Part shown: positions 32,508 through 43,226 of the stretch, piece after piece | Numbering within the stretch: the stretch's first letter is position 1 | How the letters are laid out: every line of letters starts with the position of its first letter | Assembly: GCA_963777715.1 (NCBI GenBank) | Contig: CAVZRN010000001.1 | Location: 27,039 to 91,038, forward strand | From: an uncultured Gammaproteobacteria bacterium | GTDB taxonomy: Bacteria; Pseudomonadota; Gammaproteobacteria; JAURND01 | Direction of reading: 5' to 3' | DNA length: 64,000 bases | Position numbers and translations under genes: made by a program | Notes under the pieces: generated by a model | The model's database searches: none | Seen by the model: only the letters and a program-made list of their open reading frames with translations | Told to the model about the DNA's origin: nothing

Positions 32508-33422
32508 ATGGACAAATTAGTCCGTTTTGACTGGGCGATGAAATATCTGCTGCGTAATAAGGCCAACTTCGACATTTTAGAAGGGTTTTTATCAGAATTG
32601 CTTAAAACTTCCATCCATATTGAAAGCATTCTGGAATCAGAAAGTAACAAACACGATGCTGGCGACAAATTCAATCGAGTTGATCTGCTGGTGAAAACAG
32701 CTGAAGACAAGCGTATTATTATCGAAGTGCAATGCTCCGGCCAGTGGGATTACCTTAGCCGCATCTTATACGGCACGTCTAAAGTGGTCTGCGAATATCT
32801 GCGCGAAGGCGATGCGTATAAAAACATCCGTAAGGTGATTTCCGTCAGCATTGTGTTTTTCGACCTAGGAACCGGCAAGGACTACCTTTATCAAGGCACA
32901 ACCGTATTTCGCGGACTGCATTACGGTGATACCCTGGGCTTAAACCCACAGGAACAAGCTGCCTATCGCACCGAATATAACTCATTGGCAGAAATGCCCG
33001 AACATATCTTTCCAGAATATTACCTGATTAAGGTCACGCAATTCCACGAACAAGTAAAAGACAAACTTGATGAATGGATTTATTTTTTGAAACAGGGGGA
33101 AATCAAGCATGAATTTTCTGCCCAAGGCATCCAAAGCGCAGCGGAAAAGCTGAAGCTACTGCGTTTGAATGACGCAGAACGACGCGTCTATGCCCGTTAT
33201 CAGGAAGGATTACACGATGACGCCAGCTTAAGCGATATGGTTCGTATAAGTAAAGAGGAAGGCAGAGAGGAAGGCAGAGAGGAAGGTAGAGAGGAAGGTG
33301 AAGCCAAGGGTCGTTTACTGGCATGTCAGCAAATTGCCAAATCACTGCGACAAGCTGGTTTATCCGATCAACAAATTGCTGAGCATACCGGGCTATCTAT
33401 GGATGAAATCCGTACGCTCTAA
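32508..33422 (+). CDS. Rpn-family recombination-promoting nuclease / PD-(D/E)XK putative transposase
   Basis: RFDWAMKYLL, RVDLLV..IIIEVQ, DEWIYFLK, EEGREEGREEGREEG repeats, C-terminal HTH IAEHTGLSMDEI. Confidence 0.88.
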   Translation: MDKLVRFDWAMKYLLRNKANFDILEGFLSELLKTSIHIESILESESNKHDAGDKFNRVDLLVKTAEDKRIIIEVQCSGQWDYLSRILYGTSKVVCEYLREGDAYKNIRKVISVSIVFFDLGTGKDYLYQGTTVFRGLHYGDTLGLNPQEQAAYRTEYNSLAEMPEHIFPEYYLIKVTQFHEQVKDKLDEWIYFLKQGEIKHEFSAQGIQSAAEKLKLLRLNDAERRVYARYQEGLHDDASLSDMVRISKEEGREEGREEGREEGEAKGRLLACQQIAKSLRQAGLSDQQIAEHTGLSMDEIRTL

Positions 33423-33444
33423 ACCTCCCTCGCAAGCGCGATTA

Positions 33445-33996
33445 CTACAAGCGAAAGAAATTCTGTTGGTAGTAACGCAATTCAGCGATGGAATCGTAGA
33501 TATCTTGTAATGCCAAATGCCTTGCTTCTTTTTTATGCTTATTCGCCTTCAACAATTCGGGTATCCAATAATACGCTAACATTTTTATCGTGCTGACATC
33601 TAAGTTGCGATAGTGGAAATACTGTTCCAATTTCGGCATCCAGCGAAATAAAAAGCGTCGGTCCTGACAAATGCTATTACCACACATCGGCGACTTACCT
33701 GGCGGCACATGGTGCATTAAAAATTCAATGGTGTCTGCTTGCGCTTGTTCCACCGTGACATTGCTTTGCTGCACGCGCGCGATTAATCCTGATTTCGTAT
33801 GTTGTTTGACATTCCACTCGTCCATTATTTCCAGCACTGTCTCCGGTTGATGGATGGCGTACACCGGACCTTCAGCCACGGTATTTAACTGTGAGTCGGT
33901 TACTACCGTAGCAATTTCTATAATATGGTCACGATCTGGATTTAAACCCGTCATTTCTAAATCGATCCAGATAAGGTTGTCGCGGTTGGGAGCCAT
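33445..33996 (-). CDS. orn: oligoribonuclease
   Basis: [45 protein letters not shown]. Confidence 0.96.
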   Translation of the reverse strand: MAPNRDNLIWIDLEMTGLNPDRDHIIEIATVVTDSQLNTVAEGPVYAIHQPETVLEIMDEWNVKQHTKSGLIARVQQSNVTVEQAQADTIEFLMHHVPPGKSPMCGNSICQDRRFLFRWMPKLEQYFHYRNLDVSTIKMLAYYWIPELLKANKHKKEARHLALQDIYDSIAELRYYQQNFFRL

Positions 33997-34021
33997 AGTT
34001 ATGTCCTGTGTATGAAGTAAT

Positions 34022-34606
34022 TTACCATTCAACCTTGTCTTCCATACCTGTTTTTAAACGCTCAATGTTGTCATGATGACGCCAAATAATTAACGTTACT
34101 GCAACCGCAACCGGTAGAAAATAGCTGGTATGTACGAACAGAATAAGTACCGCTGCCAACACCATGGCAATCAACACTGCCAGGGAAACATAACGGGTGA
34201 CGAATACTACGACTGCCCAGACGATAGCCACTAATAGTGTAACCCAAAATGACAACGCCAGTAATACCCCAAATGCTGTAGCAGCTCCCTTACCACCGGC
34301 AAATTTAAAAAATACTGGAAACATATGCCCAACTACTGCCGCTAACGCCACACAGGCCAGGCCAAAATCCGTAACGCCAACTAGCTTTGCCAGCAAGACC
34401 GGTATGAAGCCTTTTAGTATATCACCTGCCAATACTAACAAGGCTACCTGTTTGCCATGCATGCGTAACATATTGGTGGCGCCAGGGTTACCCGATCCTT
34501 CCTGACGCGGATCAGGCAGATGCATAACCTTGCTGATTAAAATGGCGCAGTTTAAAGAACCAACCACATAGGCAATAATGATGAAAAGAAGTGCGACAAA
34601 GAACAT
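34022..34606 (-). CDS. plsY: glycerol-3-phosphate acyltransferase
   Basis: [21 protein letters not shown]...GGKGAAT, RHHDNI. Confidence 0.95.
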   Translation of the reverse strand: MFFVALLFIIIAYVVGSLNCAILISKVMHLPDPRQEGSGNPGATNMLRMHGKQVALLVLAGDILKGFIPVLLAKLVGVTDFGLACVALAAVVGHMFPVFFKFAGGKGAATAFGVLLALSFWVTLLVAIVWAVVVFVTRYVSLAVLIAMVLAAVLILFVHTSYFLPVAVAVTLIIWRHHDNIERLKTGMEDKVEW

Positions 34607-34628
34607 ACTATTTCTCCTTTAGAATGTT

Positions 34629-35540
34629 TTAAGGTAGTCCGTCTGATTCCCGCTTCGCTGCTGGTAAAAGATGCCTCCGATCCAACCCCATAGCAACCGC
34701 TAACGAACCTGCTACGTAAATAGACGAATATGTACCAACAACGATACCGATAATCAATGCCAGAGCAAATCCATGTAACATCTCACCGCCAAATAAAAAT
34801 AATGCCACCACCACTACTAATGTTAAACCCGACGTCATGATGGTACGTGATAAGGTCTGATTAATCGAAAGGTTCATAATTTCCATCGGCGTTCCCTTGC
34901 GCACACGACGAAAATTCTCACGCACTCGATCATATACCACGATGGTATCGTTTAAGGAGTAACCAATAATGGTTAATATAGCTGCTAACGCGATTAAGTT
35001 AAATTCCAATTGAAAAAATGCGAATATGCCGAGAATCAATATGGGGTCGTGAATAAGCGCAACTGCCGCGCTGACTGCAAAACGCACCTCAAAGCGAAAG
35101 GCGATATACGCCATGATAGCAATCAGCGCAATGAGTATTGCTAATAACCCATTGGTAAATAATGTCTTGCCTACTTGCGGACCGATATACTCCATCTGCT
35201 GAAAATGCGCATCAGGTAATGCCTGCGCTATTTTATCTTTTAATACCTGCTGACTTTCCTTATACGGCGGAATACGTATGACCACATCGCGAGAAGTATA
35301 GGCTTGCACCACGGCTTGATTAAAACCTGCCTTATCCAACTCAGCACGCACATTATTTAAATTGACAGCACTGGGGTAGTTGACTTCGATTTGCGTACCA
35401 CCGGTAAAGTCTAACCCAAAATTCAAACTGTTCACCGCTAAGGCCGCGATGGATGCTAGAAATAATAGGCTAGACAATACCGCCGCTAACCAGCGTTGCC
35501 CCATGAAATTGATTTTAGTATTGGCTTTAAAGAATTCCAT
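34629..35540 (-). CDS. secF: protein translocase subunit SecF
   Basis: GLDFTGG, IGYSLNDTIVVYDRVRE, QTLSRT. Confidence 0.96.
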   Translation of the reverse strand: MEFFKANTKINFMGQRWLAAVLSSLLFLASIAALAVNSLNFGLDFTGGTQIEVNYPSAVNLNNVRAELDKAGFNQAVVQAYTSRDVVIRIPPYKESQQVLKDKIAQALPDAHFQQMEYIGPQVGKTLFTNGLLAILIALIAIMAYIAFRFEVRFAVSAAVALIHDPILILGIFAFFQLEFNLIALAAILTIIGYSLNDTIVVYDRVRENFRRVRKGTPMEIMNLSINQTLSRTIMTSGLTLVVVVALFLFGGEMLHGFALALIIGIVVGTYSSIYVAGSLAVAMGLDRRHLLPAAKRESDGLP

Positions 35541-35544
35541 GTTT

Positions 35545-37455
35545 TTAAGATCGACCTGTAGTAATAGTGTTAGTGGTAGTAGGTTGCACCGTTTTCGATA
35601 CGCGAATGCCGATCGATAATCGTTTCACATTGCGTCCACCATAAATTAAATTGACCAGGGCGCGGGTAAAGAAAATCGCGGTTACCATCGAGGTCAAAAT
35701 GCCGATGATCAAGGTAATCGCAAATCCCTTAACCACGCCACCACCCAAGGCAAATAAAATCGTGGCAACGATTAATGTCGTCACGTTGGCATCGATAATG
35801 GTAGCGAAGGCGCGTTCATAACCAGCATGAATGCTGGCTTGTGGGCTAAGGCCATTGCGTAATTCTTCACGAATACGCTCGTATATCAACACGTTGGCGT
35901 CAACCGCCATACCGACGTTTAATACAATGGCTGCAATACCCGGCAGTGTCAACGTGGCGCCCAACATGGACAATACCGCAATAATAAATACCATGTTTAG
36001 CATCAAGGCAATATCCGCCACTAAGCCAAATACGCGGTAATACAGCAACATAAACAAAATCACTGCCAGGGATCCTACCAACACCGACATGACGCCTTTG
36101 TGGATATTTTCCGCACCCAAACTTGGCCCCACGGTACGTTCTTGCACAAAATTAACCGGGGCTGTTAAGGCGCCCGAACGCAATAGCAGCGCCAAATTCT
36201 GTGCATATTTCATATTGTCCAAGCCGGTAATTTCGAAATTATTACCCAACGCTGTGCGAATAGTCGCCACGTTGATCACACGTTCCACTTGTTGGCGCGT
36301 CACCACCGGCTGGCCATTGACGATTTGTGTTTGTTGAGTACTTTCAACATACACCACTGCTAAAGGTTTACCGATATTTTCCGCGGTTATGCGACTAAAT
36401 AAACTCTCCCCACCACCGCCCAGGCGAATCGACACCGCAGGCCGCCCATCTTCACCGATCATGGCGGTTGCATAAGTAATGGATGTACCAGTTAAAATCG
36501 CCTGATTTTTTAGTACAATTGGGCTATTTTCAAATTGATACACGCGACTGCCAAGAGGGGCTGAACCCGCCGCTGCACTTTGTAAATCCGCATCTGTATC
36601 AACTAAATGGAAACGCAACGTGGCGGTTTTACCGATTAAATCCTTAGCGCGCGCGGTATTTTGCACGCCCGGCAGATCTACGCTGATCTGATTCTGTCCT
36701 TGACGCTGCACGATCGCTTCGCTCACACCTAATTCATTGACGCGGTTGTTGAAGATGTTGATATTTTGATCGACAGCATAATTGGCAATAGTGGTAATGG
36801 CTGCGGGCGTTAAGTTAGCGGTGATGGCATAATCACTGGTTGTTGCCTTGGTAAACTGATAATCGCGGAATCGCATCGGCAAAAAATTCATTGCCTTATC
36901 GAGGTTATCTGCATCGTGGAATTGCAGCACAATGGTATTTTTTTGCCGCCCAATATCCGTATAACGAATTTGCTGTTCACGCAAATCAGCGCTGATATTA
37001 CTCATATCACCTTCTGCTCGCGCCGCAATAACACTGTCTATGTCTACATCTAATAGGAAATGCACGCCACCGCGTAAATCCAAACCCAATTTCATCGGCT
37101 GTGCATTAAGCAACTGCAACCAGCGCGGAGTACGCGGCGCGAGATTTAATGCCACTACGTAATCATTTCCCAAGGCGGCTTTAATGACGTCGCGCGCCTT
37201 GAGCTGAATATCCGTGGATGCAAAACGCACCAGCACATTACCTTTCTCTTCGTCCGCCGCAAGGTAATGCAAATCGTTCATAGCCAGTGCGTGCGTAACT
37301 TGATCCAGAGTTCCTGTCGCAACGCTGGATGCCTCAGGAGCAGATATTTGCACGGCAGGATCTTCACCGTATAAATTCGGCGCTGCATAAATCAGCGCCA
37401 AAATAATCATTACGGCCAATAATAAATACTTCCACAACGGATAACGGTTGAGCAT
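35545..37455 (-). CDS. secD: protein translocase subunit SecD
   Basis: MLNRYPLWK, LGLDLRGG, GMAVDANVLIYERIREE. Confidence 0.96.
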   Translation of the reverse strand: MLNRYPLWKYLLLAVMIILALIYAAPNLYGEDPAVQISAPEASSVATGTLDQVTHALAMNDLHYLAADEEKGNVLVRFASTDIQLKARDVIKAALGNDYVVALNLAPRTPRWLQLLNAQPMKLGLDLRGGVHFLLDVDIDSVIAARAEGDMSNISADLREQQIRYTDIGRQKNTIVLQFHDADNLDKAMNFLPMRFRDYQFTKATTSDYAITANLTPAAITTIANYAVDQNINIFNNRVNELGVSEAIVQRQGQNQISVDLPGVQNTARAKDLIGKTATLRFHLVDTDADLQSAAAGSAPLGSRVYQFENSPIVLKNQAILTGTSITYATAMIGEDGRPAVSIRLGGGGESLFSRITAENIGKPLAVVYVESTQQTQIVNGQPVVTRQQVERVINVATIRTALGNNFEITGLDNMKYAQNLALLLRSGALTAPVNFVQERTVGPSLGAENIHKGVMSVLVGSLAVILFMLLYYRVFGLVADIALMLNMVFIIAVLSMLGATLTLPGIAAIVLNVGMAVDANVLIYERIREELRNGLSPQASIHAGYERAFATIIDANVTTLIVATILFALGGGVVKGFAITLIIGILTSMVTAIFFTRALVNLIYGGRNVKRLSIGIRVSKTVQPTTTNTITTGRS

Positions 37456-37462
37456 GTGTCGG

Positions 37463-37831
37463 TTACACAATAGATTTCAAGGTGCCCTTCGGCAATACCA
37501 GGGCAACGGAACCTTTTTGAAAGGTTAGCTCAACGTTCTCAGCCACACTGACAACTACATAATTATCGACGATGCGTACAATTTTGCCGGCGATGCCACC
37601 CGTGGTAACGATTTCATCGTCCTTAGCCAGGCCTTCCACCAACTTGCGATGATCCTTGGCGCGCTTGGTTTGTGGACGAATCAACAGAAAATAAAAAATG
37701 GCTGCAAACACCACCAGGTAGCCAACGGTAGCAAGCATACCGGGGCTGGCATGGGCGCCCGTGGCGGCAGTCGTCACGGCAGCAGTATCAGCAACTGCAT
37801 CGGTAATGCCTAGTAAACTTAATAGACTCAT
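37463..37831 (-). CDS. yajC: preprotein translocase subunit YajC
   Basis: FYFLLIRPQ.KR, DEIVTTGGI, LPKGT; upstream of secD. Confidence 0.95.
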   Translation of the reverse strand: MSLLSLLGITDAVADTAAVTTAATGAHASPGMLATVGYLVVFAAIFYFLLIRPQTKRAKDHRKLVEGLAKDDEIVTTGGIAGKIVRIVDNYVVVSVAENVELTFQKGSVALVLPKGTLKSIV

Positions 37832-37908
37832 AGCAATAATTCCTCGGTATGTTTGTAATAGAAATGTTGATAATCTACCTTGTTATGCCGCGCTGCGCAA
37901 ATCCCAGC

Positions 37909-38415
37909 TTACGAAGACGCATTTTGTTGACGCGTTAACTTATAACGCTCCACTTCTGCACGACGGTGTTGGCGACGGTGCTCTGCTTCTTCATAGCGGC
38001 GCTTTTCCTCCACTGTCTCTGGGATAACCGCAGGTATTTCAATCGGGCGTTGCTGTTCATCCAATGCCACAAAGGTAAAATATGCCGATACGATATGGTT
38101 TTTCTCGCTAGTATGATAATTTTCCGCCATCACCTTGGCCCCGATTTCCATCGATGTACGCCATACACGATTGACTGACGCCATAAAAACCAGGATATCT
38201 CCACCACGTGCAGGACGTAAAAACTGCATGGAATCCACTGACGCCGTCACACAAATGCGACCACTGTGGCGTTCAGCTACGACAGCACAAACACGATCAA
38301 GTAGCGACATCACCAGTCCACCAAATACCGTACTATTGGAATTCATATCATTGGGAAATACACGGTAGGGACTGTAGTGTACTGCCGATGCGCTAACTGG
38401 TTTTGCCTGGGTCAT
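37909..38415 (-). CDS. acyl-CoA thioesterase (hot-dog fold, YciA-like)
   Basis: VFPNDMN..TVFGG, VTASVD, AYFTFVALD. Confidence 0.88.
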   Translation of the reverse strand: MTQAKPVSASAVHYSPYRVFPNDMNSNSTVFGGLVMSLLDRVCAVVAERHSGRICVTASVDSMQFLRPARGGDILVFMASVNRVWRTSMEIGAKVMAENYHTSEKNHIVSAYFTFVALDEQQRPIEIPAVIPETVEEKRRYEEAEHRRQHRRAEVERYKLTRQQNASS

Positions 38416-38453
38416 ATATTTAATCTCAGTTCTAGCTTCCGAATACTTATTTT

Positions 38454-38480
38454 CGGGCAACCACAAGGGTTGCCCCTACA
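38454..38480. repeat. single GTAG-type REP
   Basis: GGGCAACCACAAGGGTTGCCCCTACA directly after the ppiD stop. Confidence 0.8.
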
Positions 38481-40388
38481 TTATTTTATCGCTTCATACT
38501 TAACAGTCGCCTTACGCATCTGTTGCTGTAAATAGAGGTCATACTCTAATTTTCCTAAATTATCCGCCAACTGCTGCTGCGCTGCATTACGTTGCTCCGC
38601 AGTTGCCGTAGCAGCGTTACTATCTACCACTTTATTTACCGCGATAACCACACATCCGCCTTCTGGCAAATCAACACCCTGAATGGACGGTTTATCCGGC
38701 GATGTTGGCGCTGCCTGGTTAAATGCAAATTGCAACACTGGGGCTGGAATATCCTTGTCATCACGCGTTACGGCAGTTTTTTGTACCCAGGTCAATTTAT
38801 TTTGCTCAGCCACTTGTTGGGGCGACAGGTGTCTACCCAACATAGTTCGCGCCATCTGCATACCTAAATTTTTTGCTGTCTGCTGTGCCATTTGTCGTTT
38901 CAACGCCTCTTCAATCTTCGGCTGCACGGTGGTCAATGGTTGTATTGCCGCTGGCTTATAATCAGCCAGACGTATAACCGCAACCGTGTGTTCATCCAGC
39001 GAGATGACGTCGCTATTGCTGCGTTGCTTTAATACCAAATCACTGAATGCTGCATTGATTATCTTAGGGTTTTCTAATATCCCAGATTTATCCCCCTGAC
39101 GGGTAAATAGTTCTGTGGTTTGCAAGGGCAACCCCAGTGCATCCGCAGCTGGTTTTAATGTGTCCGGATGCGTATAGGTCAGATTAGACAACTTATCGCT
39201 TTCACTCGACACCAATTGGTCTACTTTTTGTTGGCGCACGTTTTTTTCTACTTCTGCCTTAACGCTGTCAAATGGAGCGACTTCCGCCGGCTTCACAGCC
39301 TCTACTTTAACAATATTCCATCCTTCCGTGGTTTGAAATGGCATCGAGGTTTGACCCGGCTGCAATGCTGATGCAGCCAGGATTAATTCCGGCTGCTGCG
39401 CACGCGTCACCCAGCCCAGATCGCCACCCTTCTGCGCCGAAACCTTATTATCCGAATGGCTCGCCGCCACCTCAGCAAAATTAGCGCCCGCTTGTAATTG
39501 TGTTGTCACTTGCTTGAGTTTTTGTTGCGCCGCTGCTTGCGTTTTTGCATCCGCATTTTTCGGCACACTGATTAAGATATGCGCTAATCGCCATTGCGCT
39601 GGAGTGGTAAATGCTGCCTTATTTTCTGCGTAATATTGCTGTAGTTCCGCGTCGGTGACCACGATTTTCTGCGCCATATCATCCGTGGATAATACGATAT
39701 ACTGGATACTAATCTGTTCTGGTGTAGTGAATTCCTGCGCATGTAACTTGTAGTAATCATTGATCGCCTTGTCGGTAGGCGCCGCTGCCGCCAGAAATGG
39801 CTCCAGGGGAATCATCACATAACCCAAGTCACGCACCTGACCTTGCAAGGCCAGTTTTTTATCGACTTCGTTAGGGAGGGCGAAATCACTTTCCACCACT
39901 ACATGTTGTACTTGCTGGATCAACAAACTGCGCTCTATCTGCTGCGAAAACATCTCTGGGGTATAAGCCAAATTCATTAGCGCACGCTGGAATAATTCCG
40001 GTGAAAATTTGCCTTGCAACTGAAATGCAGGAATCTGTTGCACCACGGCGGCTGCTTGCATGGGGCTGATAACATAACCCGCGCGCTGTGCCGTGCGCAC
40101 TAATATTTGCTCTTGAATCAGGCCATTTAATGCGCGTGCTTTTAATTGACGCAGTGTAGTCTCATTCAATGCGGCCTCTGGCGACTGTTCGCTTTGACGC
40201 ACTCGTTTATAAACCGTGTCTAGCTGCTGCTGCGTAATCTCCACACCGTCTACCTTGGCAACCACCGCTTCACTATGGCCGTTATTGATGTAGTATTCAA
40301 TTCCCCATAGCGCAAACGCCAAACACAAGATGCTGGCAATAACACCAGCAACCCAACCTTGGACGTGTTGACGAAGACTTTGTAGCAT
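38481..40388 (-). CDS. ppiD: periplasmic chaperone / parvulin PPIase PpiD
   Basis: MLQSLRQ, VVAKVDGVEIT, HILISV, FAEVAASHSD...GGDLGW; downstream of hupB and tRNAs. Confidence 0.9.
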   Translation of the reverse strand: MLQSLRQHVQGWVAGVIASILCLAFALWGIEYYINNGHSEAVVAKVDGVEITQQQLDTVYKRVRQSEQSPEAALNETTLRQLKARALNGLIQEQILVRTAQRAGYVISPMQAAAVVQQIPAFQLQGKFSPELFQRALMNLAYTPEMFSQQIERSLLIQQVQHVVVESDFALPNEVDKKLALQGQVRDLGYVMIPLEPFLAAAAPTDKAINDYYKLHAQEFTTPEQISIQYIVLSTDDMAQKIVVTDAELQQYYAENKAAFTTPAQWRLAHILISVPKNADAKTQAAAQQKLKQVTTQLQAGANFAEVAASHSDNKVSAQKGGDLGWVTRAQQPELILAASALQPGQTSMPFQTTEGWNIVKVEAVKPAEVAPFDSVKAEVEKNVRQQKVDQLVSSESDKLSNLTYTHPDTLKPAADALGLPLQTTELFTRQGDKSGILENPKIINAAFSDLVLKQRSNSDVISLDEHTVAVIRLADYKPAAIQPLTTVQPKIEEALKRQMAQQTAKNLGMQMARTMLGRHLSPQQVAEQNKLTWVQKTAVTRDDKDIPAPVLQFAFNQAAPTSPDKPSIQGVDLPEGGCVVIAVNKVVDSNAATATAEQRNAAQQQLADNLGKLEYDLYLQQQMRKATVKYEAIK

Positions 40389-40405
40389 TTAGAAAAACCT
40401 TAAAT

Positions 40406-40482
40406 TGGCGGAGTGGACGGGGCTCGAACCCGCGACCCCCGGCGTGACAGGCCGGTATTCTAACCAACTGAACTACCACTCC
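40406..40482 (-). tRNA. tRNA-Asp(GTC)
   Basis: GGAGTGGTAGTTCAGTTGGTTAGAATACCGGCCTGTCACGCCGG...GTTCGAG...CCA; 77 nt. Confidence 0.97.
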
Positions 40483-40489
40483 AATTCTA

Positions 40490-40565
40490 TGGTGGGTGCT
40501 GTAGGGATCGAACCTACGACCCTCGCCTTGTAAGGGCGATGCTCTCCCAGCTGAGCTAAGCACCC
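40490..40565 (-). tRNA. tRNA-Val(TAC)
   Basis: GGGTGCTTAGCTCAGCTGGGAGAGCATCGCCCTTACAAGGCGA...TTCGAT...CCA; 76 nt. Confidence 0.97.
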
Positions 40566-40657
40566 TGAAAACTTTAATAGGATTTGCAAGGGGCGAGATA
40601 AACCCCTTGCTACACTATTATTAACGTGGATTAGAAGATAAAAATTATCTAGCCATG

Positions 40658-40966
40658 TTACTTATGATTAACTGCATCCTTGAAGTCCTTACCTGGACGA
40701 AAGCGGGGCACTTTAGCTGCAGCAATTTTGATTTCCTTACCTGTCTGTGGATTACGACCCATGCGCGCCTTTCTTTCACTACGCTCAAATGTACCAAACC
40801 CAACAAATGTTACGCGATTATCAGCGGTCACTGCCTTTTTAATAGTATCTAACAGTGTCTCAACTACCTCTGTTACCGCTGCCTTAGACAACTTATCTAC
40901 TGATGAAGCAACCTGATCAATGATATCAGCCTTGCTGTGAACCTTTTTTTGTTTTTTATCAGGCAT
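40658..40966 (-). CDS. hupB: HU family DNA-binding protein
   Basis: VGFGTF..RKARMGRNPQTGKEI..VPRFRPGK; precedes tRNA-Val/Asp-ppiD. Confidence 0.88.
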   Translation of the reverse strand: MPDKKQKKVHSKADIIDQVASSVDKLSKAAVTEVVETLLDTIKKAVTADNRVTFVGFGTFERSERKARMGRNPQTGKEIKIAAAKVPRFRPGKDFKDAVNHK

Positions 40967-41125
40967 AAAATCCTCTTAAATAGTAAATTAATCCATTCGG
41001 TTAAAAATTATGGACAATGTGCCGCCCACAGGAACGCGTTTTATACCAACACTGAAAAGGTAGTGTCAAGGAGTTCAGCAAATATCGGTAAACTGTAACT
41101 GCTCAGGCGCCTCTTAAAAATGGCA

Positions 41126-41171
41126 CAAACGGTCAGATTTTAAATGTAGGGGCAGGCATTGTGCCCCTACA
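41126..41171. repeat. AAACGGTCAGATTTT arm plus single GTAG REP
   Basis: AAACGGTCAGATTTTAAATGTAGGGGCAGGCATTGTGCCCCTACA; same flank seen at 6312-6329 (reverse) and 12945. Confidence 0.75.
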
Positions 41172-41173
41172 AT

Positions 41174-41710
41174 CTAATATTGCAGCAACGAATACACATC
41201 ATATCCAGCTAATTTCTGCCGCCCCTCCAGGGCAGTCAATTCAAGCACAAAACAGAAGCCAACAATATCTCCTCCCAGAGAGTTTATTACATCCGCAGCA
41301 GCAGCAGACGTTCCACCAGTGGCTAATACGTCATCAACAACCAATACACGTTGTCCGGGTTGCAGCGCATCTTTATGGACTTCCATGGTTTCCTGACCAT
41401 ATTCCAAATCATAGGTGATAGATAGTTTATCGGCAGGTAGTTTTTTCGGCTTACGTATGGGGATAAAGCCAACGTTTAGCGCATAGGCAAGTAATGCGCC
41501 AAAAATAAATCCACGCGCTTCAACACTAACAATGCCATCAAGCGCATGACCCTGGTAACGTTGCGCCAACGTGTCGATAGTAAAACGCAACGCAGACGCT
41601 TCTTTTAACAACGTCGTGATGTCGTAAAATAAAATACCGGGTTTAGGAAAATCCGGTACTTCGCGAATAAATTTTTTCAAGTCTGTCGGGGTAGTTAATG
41701 CATGGTTCAT
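41174..41710 (-). CDS. apt: adenine phosphoribosyltransferase
   Basis: VPDFPKPGILFYDIT, EARGFIFG, VVDDVLATGGT. Confidence 0.96.
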   Translation of the reverse strand: MNHALTTPTDLKKFIREVPDFPKPGILFYDITTLLKEASALRFTIDTLAQRYQGHALDGIVSVEARGFIFGALLAYALNVGFIPIRKPKKLPADKLSITYDLEYGQETMEVHKDALQPGQRVLVVDDVLATGGTSAAAADVINSLGGDIVGFCFVLELTALEGRQKLAGYDVYSLLQY

Positions 41711-41740
41711 AAGATGTCCTCACTAGTTGGTTGTTATTCC

Positions 41741-43135
41741 TTACGTCGATAATACACGTAACAAATTTTTATAATCCTCCGCCATTGCCGAATTGGCGCC
41801 CATTAATTCCTTCACCTTGCGACAAGCATGTAACACCGTAGTATGATCGCGCCCACCAAAAGCATCGCCGATTTCTGGCAAGCTATGGTTCGTCAATTCT
41901 TTTGCCAATGTCATCGCTACTTGACGCGCACGCGCCAGAAATTGCGTGCGTTTTTTTGATAAAAGATCAGCCATCTTGATTTTGTAATAATCGGCCACGG
42001 TTTTCTGGATATTTTCAATCGTGACCAACTTAGCTTGCACAGCTAATAAATCTTTCAATGCTTCGCGCGTTAAGTCAACCGTAATCGCTTGACCCGTAAA
42101 TTGCGCATTGGCTGTCACGCGGCGCAATGCGCCTTCCAACTCACGCACGTTGGAACGAATGCGTTTGCCAATAAAAAATGCTACATCATGGGGTACGGTT
42201 ACTTTAAATTGTTCTGCCTTACTCATCAAGATTGCCACTCGCGTTTCCAAATCTGGCGGCTCAACTGCAACTGTCAATCCCCAGCCAAAGCGCGATTTCA
42301 AGCGTTCTTCCAAGCCAACAATTTCTTTCGGATAGCGATCGCAGGTAATAACCACTTGATGTTGTGCGTCCAGTAACGAATTGAACGTATGGAAAAATTC
42401 TTCCTGCGAACGATCCTTGCCAGCAAAAAACTGAATATCATCGATCAACAATACCTCGGCAGAACGGTAATAACGTTTAAAATCATCCATGGCATTGCGT
42501 TGCAGCGCCTTAACCATGTCGGCTACAAAACGCTCGGAATGCAAATAAAGCACCTTGGCGCCGGTCGTTTTTTGCAAAATTACATTACCCACCGCCTGCA
42601 TTAAATGTGTCTTACCTAGACCAACACCGCCATAAATAAATAACGGATTGTAGGAAACACCTGGATAAGCCGCAACTTGCAGTGCTGCCGCACGCGCCAA
42701 CTGATTCGATTTACCTTCGACAAAATTCTCAAAGGTAAAAATAGGATTTGGTTTATGTGAGCGCGCCGCGCCAAATAATCCAGTGCTATCTTCTGAATTG
42801 GCCGTGTGCTCACTTATTTTTGCAGCAGATATTTGCACATTGCCAACCCCATGTGCGATGGCTGGCTGACTACCAACCTTCAAGTGCACTGTTGGCAACG
42901 TACCCTCATAAACTTCGGCTAAACACTGCATAATACGTGTGAAAAACTGTTGATTGACCCAATCGAGTACATAACGATTCGGTGCTAATAACGCAAAATG
43001 ATCATGCCCCGCTTCTAACTGCAATGGGCGAATCCAAATATAAAAATCTTCTGGCGTCATCTCAACTTCAAGACGTGCGAGACATTTTTCCCACAACGAA
43101 GTAGTTGGTAATAAGGTTTGTTCAGTCACAGTCAT
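41741..43135 (-). CDS. dnaA: chromosomal replication initiator DnaA
   Basis: [45 protein letters not shown]; all four domains present. Confidence 0.97.
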   Translation of the reverse strand: MTVTEQTLLPTTSLWEKCLARLEVEMTPEDFYIWIRPLQLEAGHDHFALLAPNRYVLDWVNQQFFTRIMQCLAEVYEGTLPTVHLKVGSQPAIAHGVGNVQISAAKISEHTANSEDSTGLFGAARSHKPNPIFTFENFVEGKSNQLARAAALQVAAYPGVSYNPLFIYGGVGLGKTHLMQAVGNVILQKTTGAKVLYLHSERFVADMVKALQRNAMDDFKRYYRSAEVLLIDDIQFFAGKDRSQEEFFHTFNSLLDAQHQVVITCDRYPKEIVGLEERLKSRFGWGLTVAVEPPDLETRVAILMSKAEQFKVTVPHDVAFFIGKRIRSNVRELEGALRRVTANAQFTGQAITVDLTREALKDLLAVQAKLVTIENIQKTVADYYKIKMADLLSKKRTQFLARARQVAMTLAKELTNHSLPEIGDAFGGRDHTTVLHACRKVKELMGANSAMAEDYKNLLRVLST

Positions 43136-43153
43136 AGTAATTTAATCATTCGT

Positions 43154-43226
43154 TGTAGGGGCAACCCTTGTGGTTGCCCGATATTGGACAAAACCCTTAC
43201 GGGCAGGCACAAGGCATGCCCCTACA
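43154..43226. repeat. GTAG-type REP doublet; supplies the psd stop codon
   Basis: TGTAGGGGCAACCCTTGTGGTTGCCC ... GGGCAGGCACAAGGCATGCCCCTACA. Confidence 0.88.

Noticed and set aside
40297-40563. 88-aa ORF MLSSAGRASPLQ...
   Set aside because: Translation across the two tRNA genes.
40586-40610. GCAAGGGG/CCCCTTGC hairpin as a hupB terminator
   Set aside because: No U-tract on the minus strand; role unclear.
41711-43222. oriC near dnaA
   Set aside because: No DnaA-box cluster or AT-rich unwinding element seen; flanks are too short.
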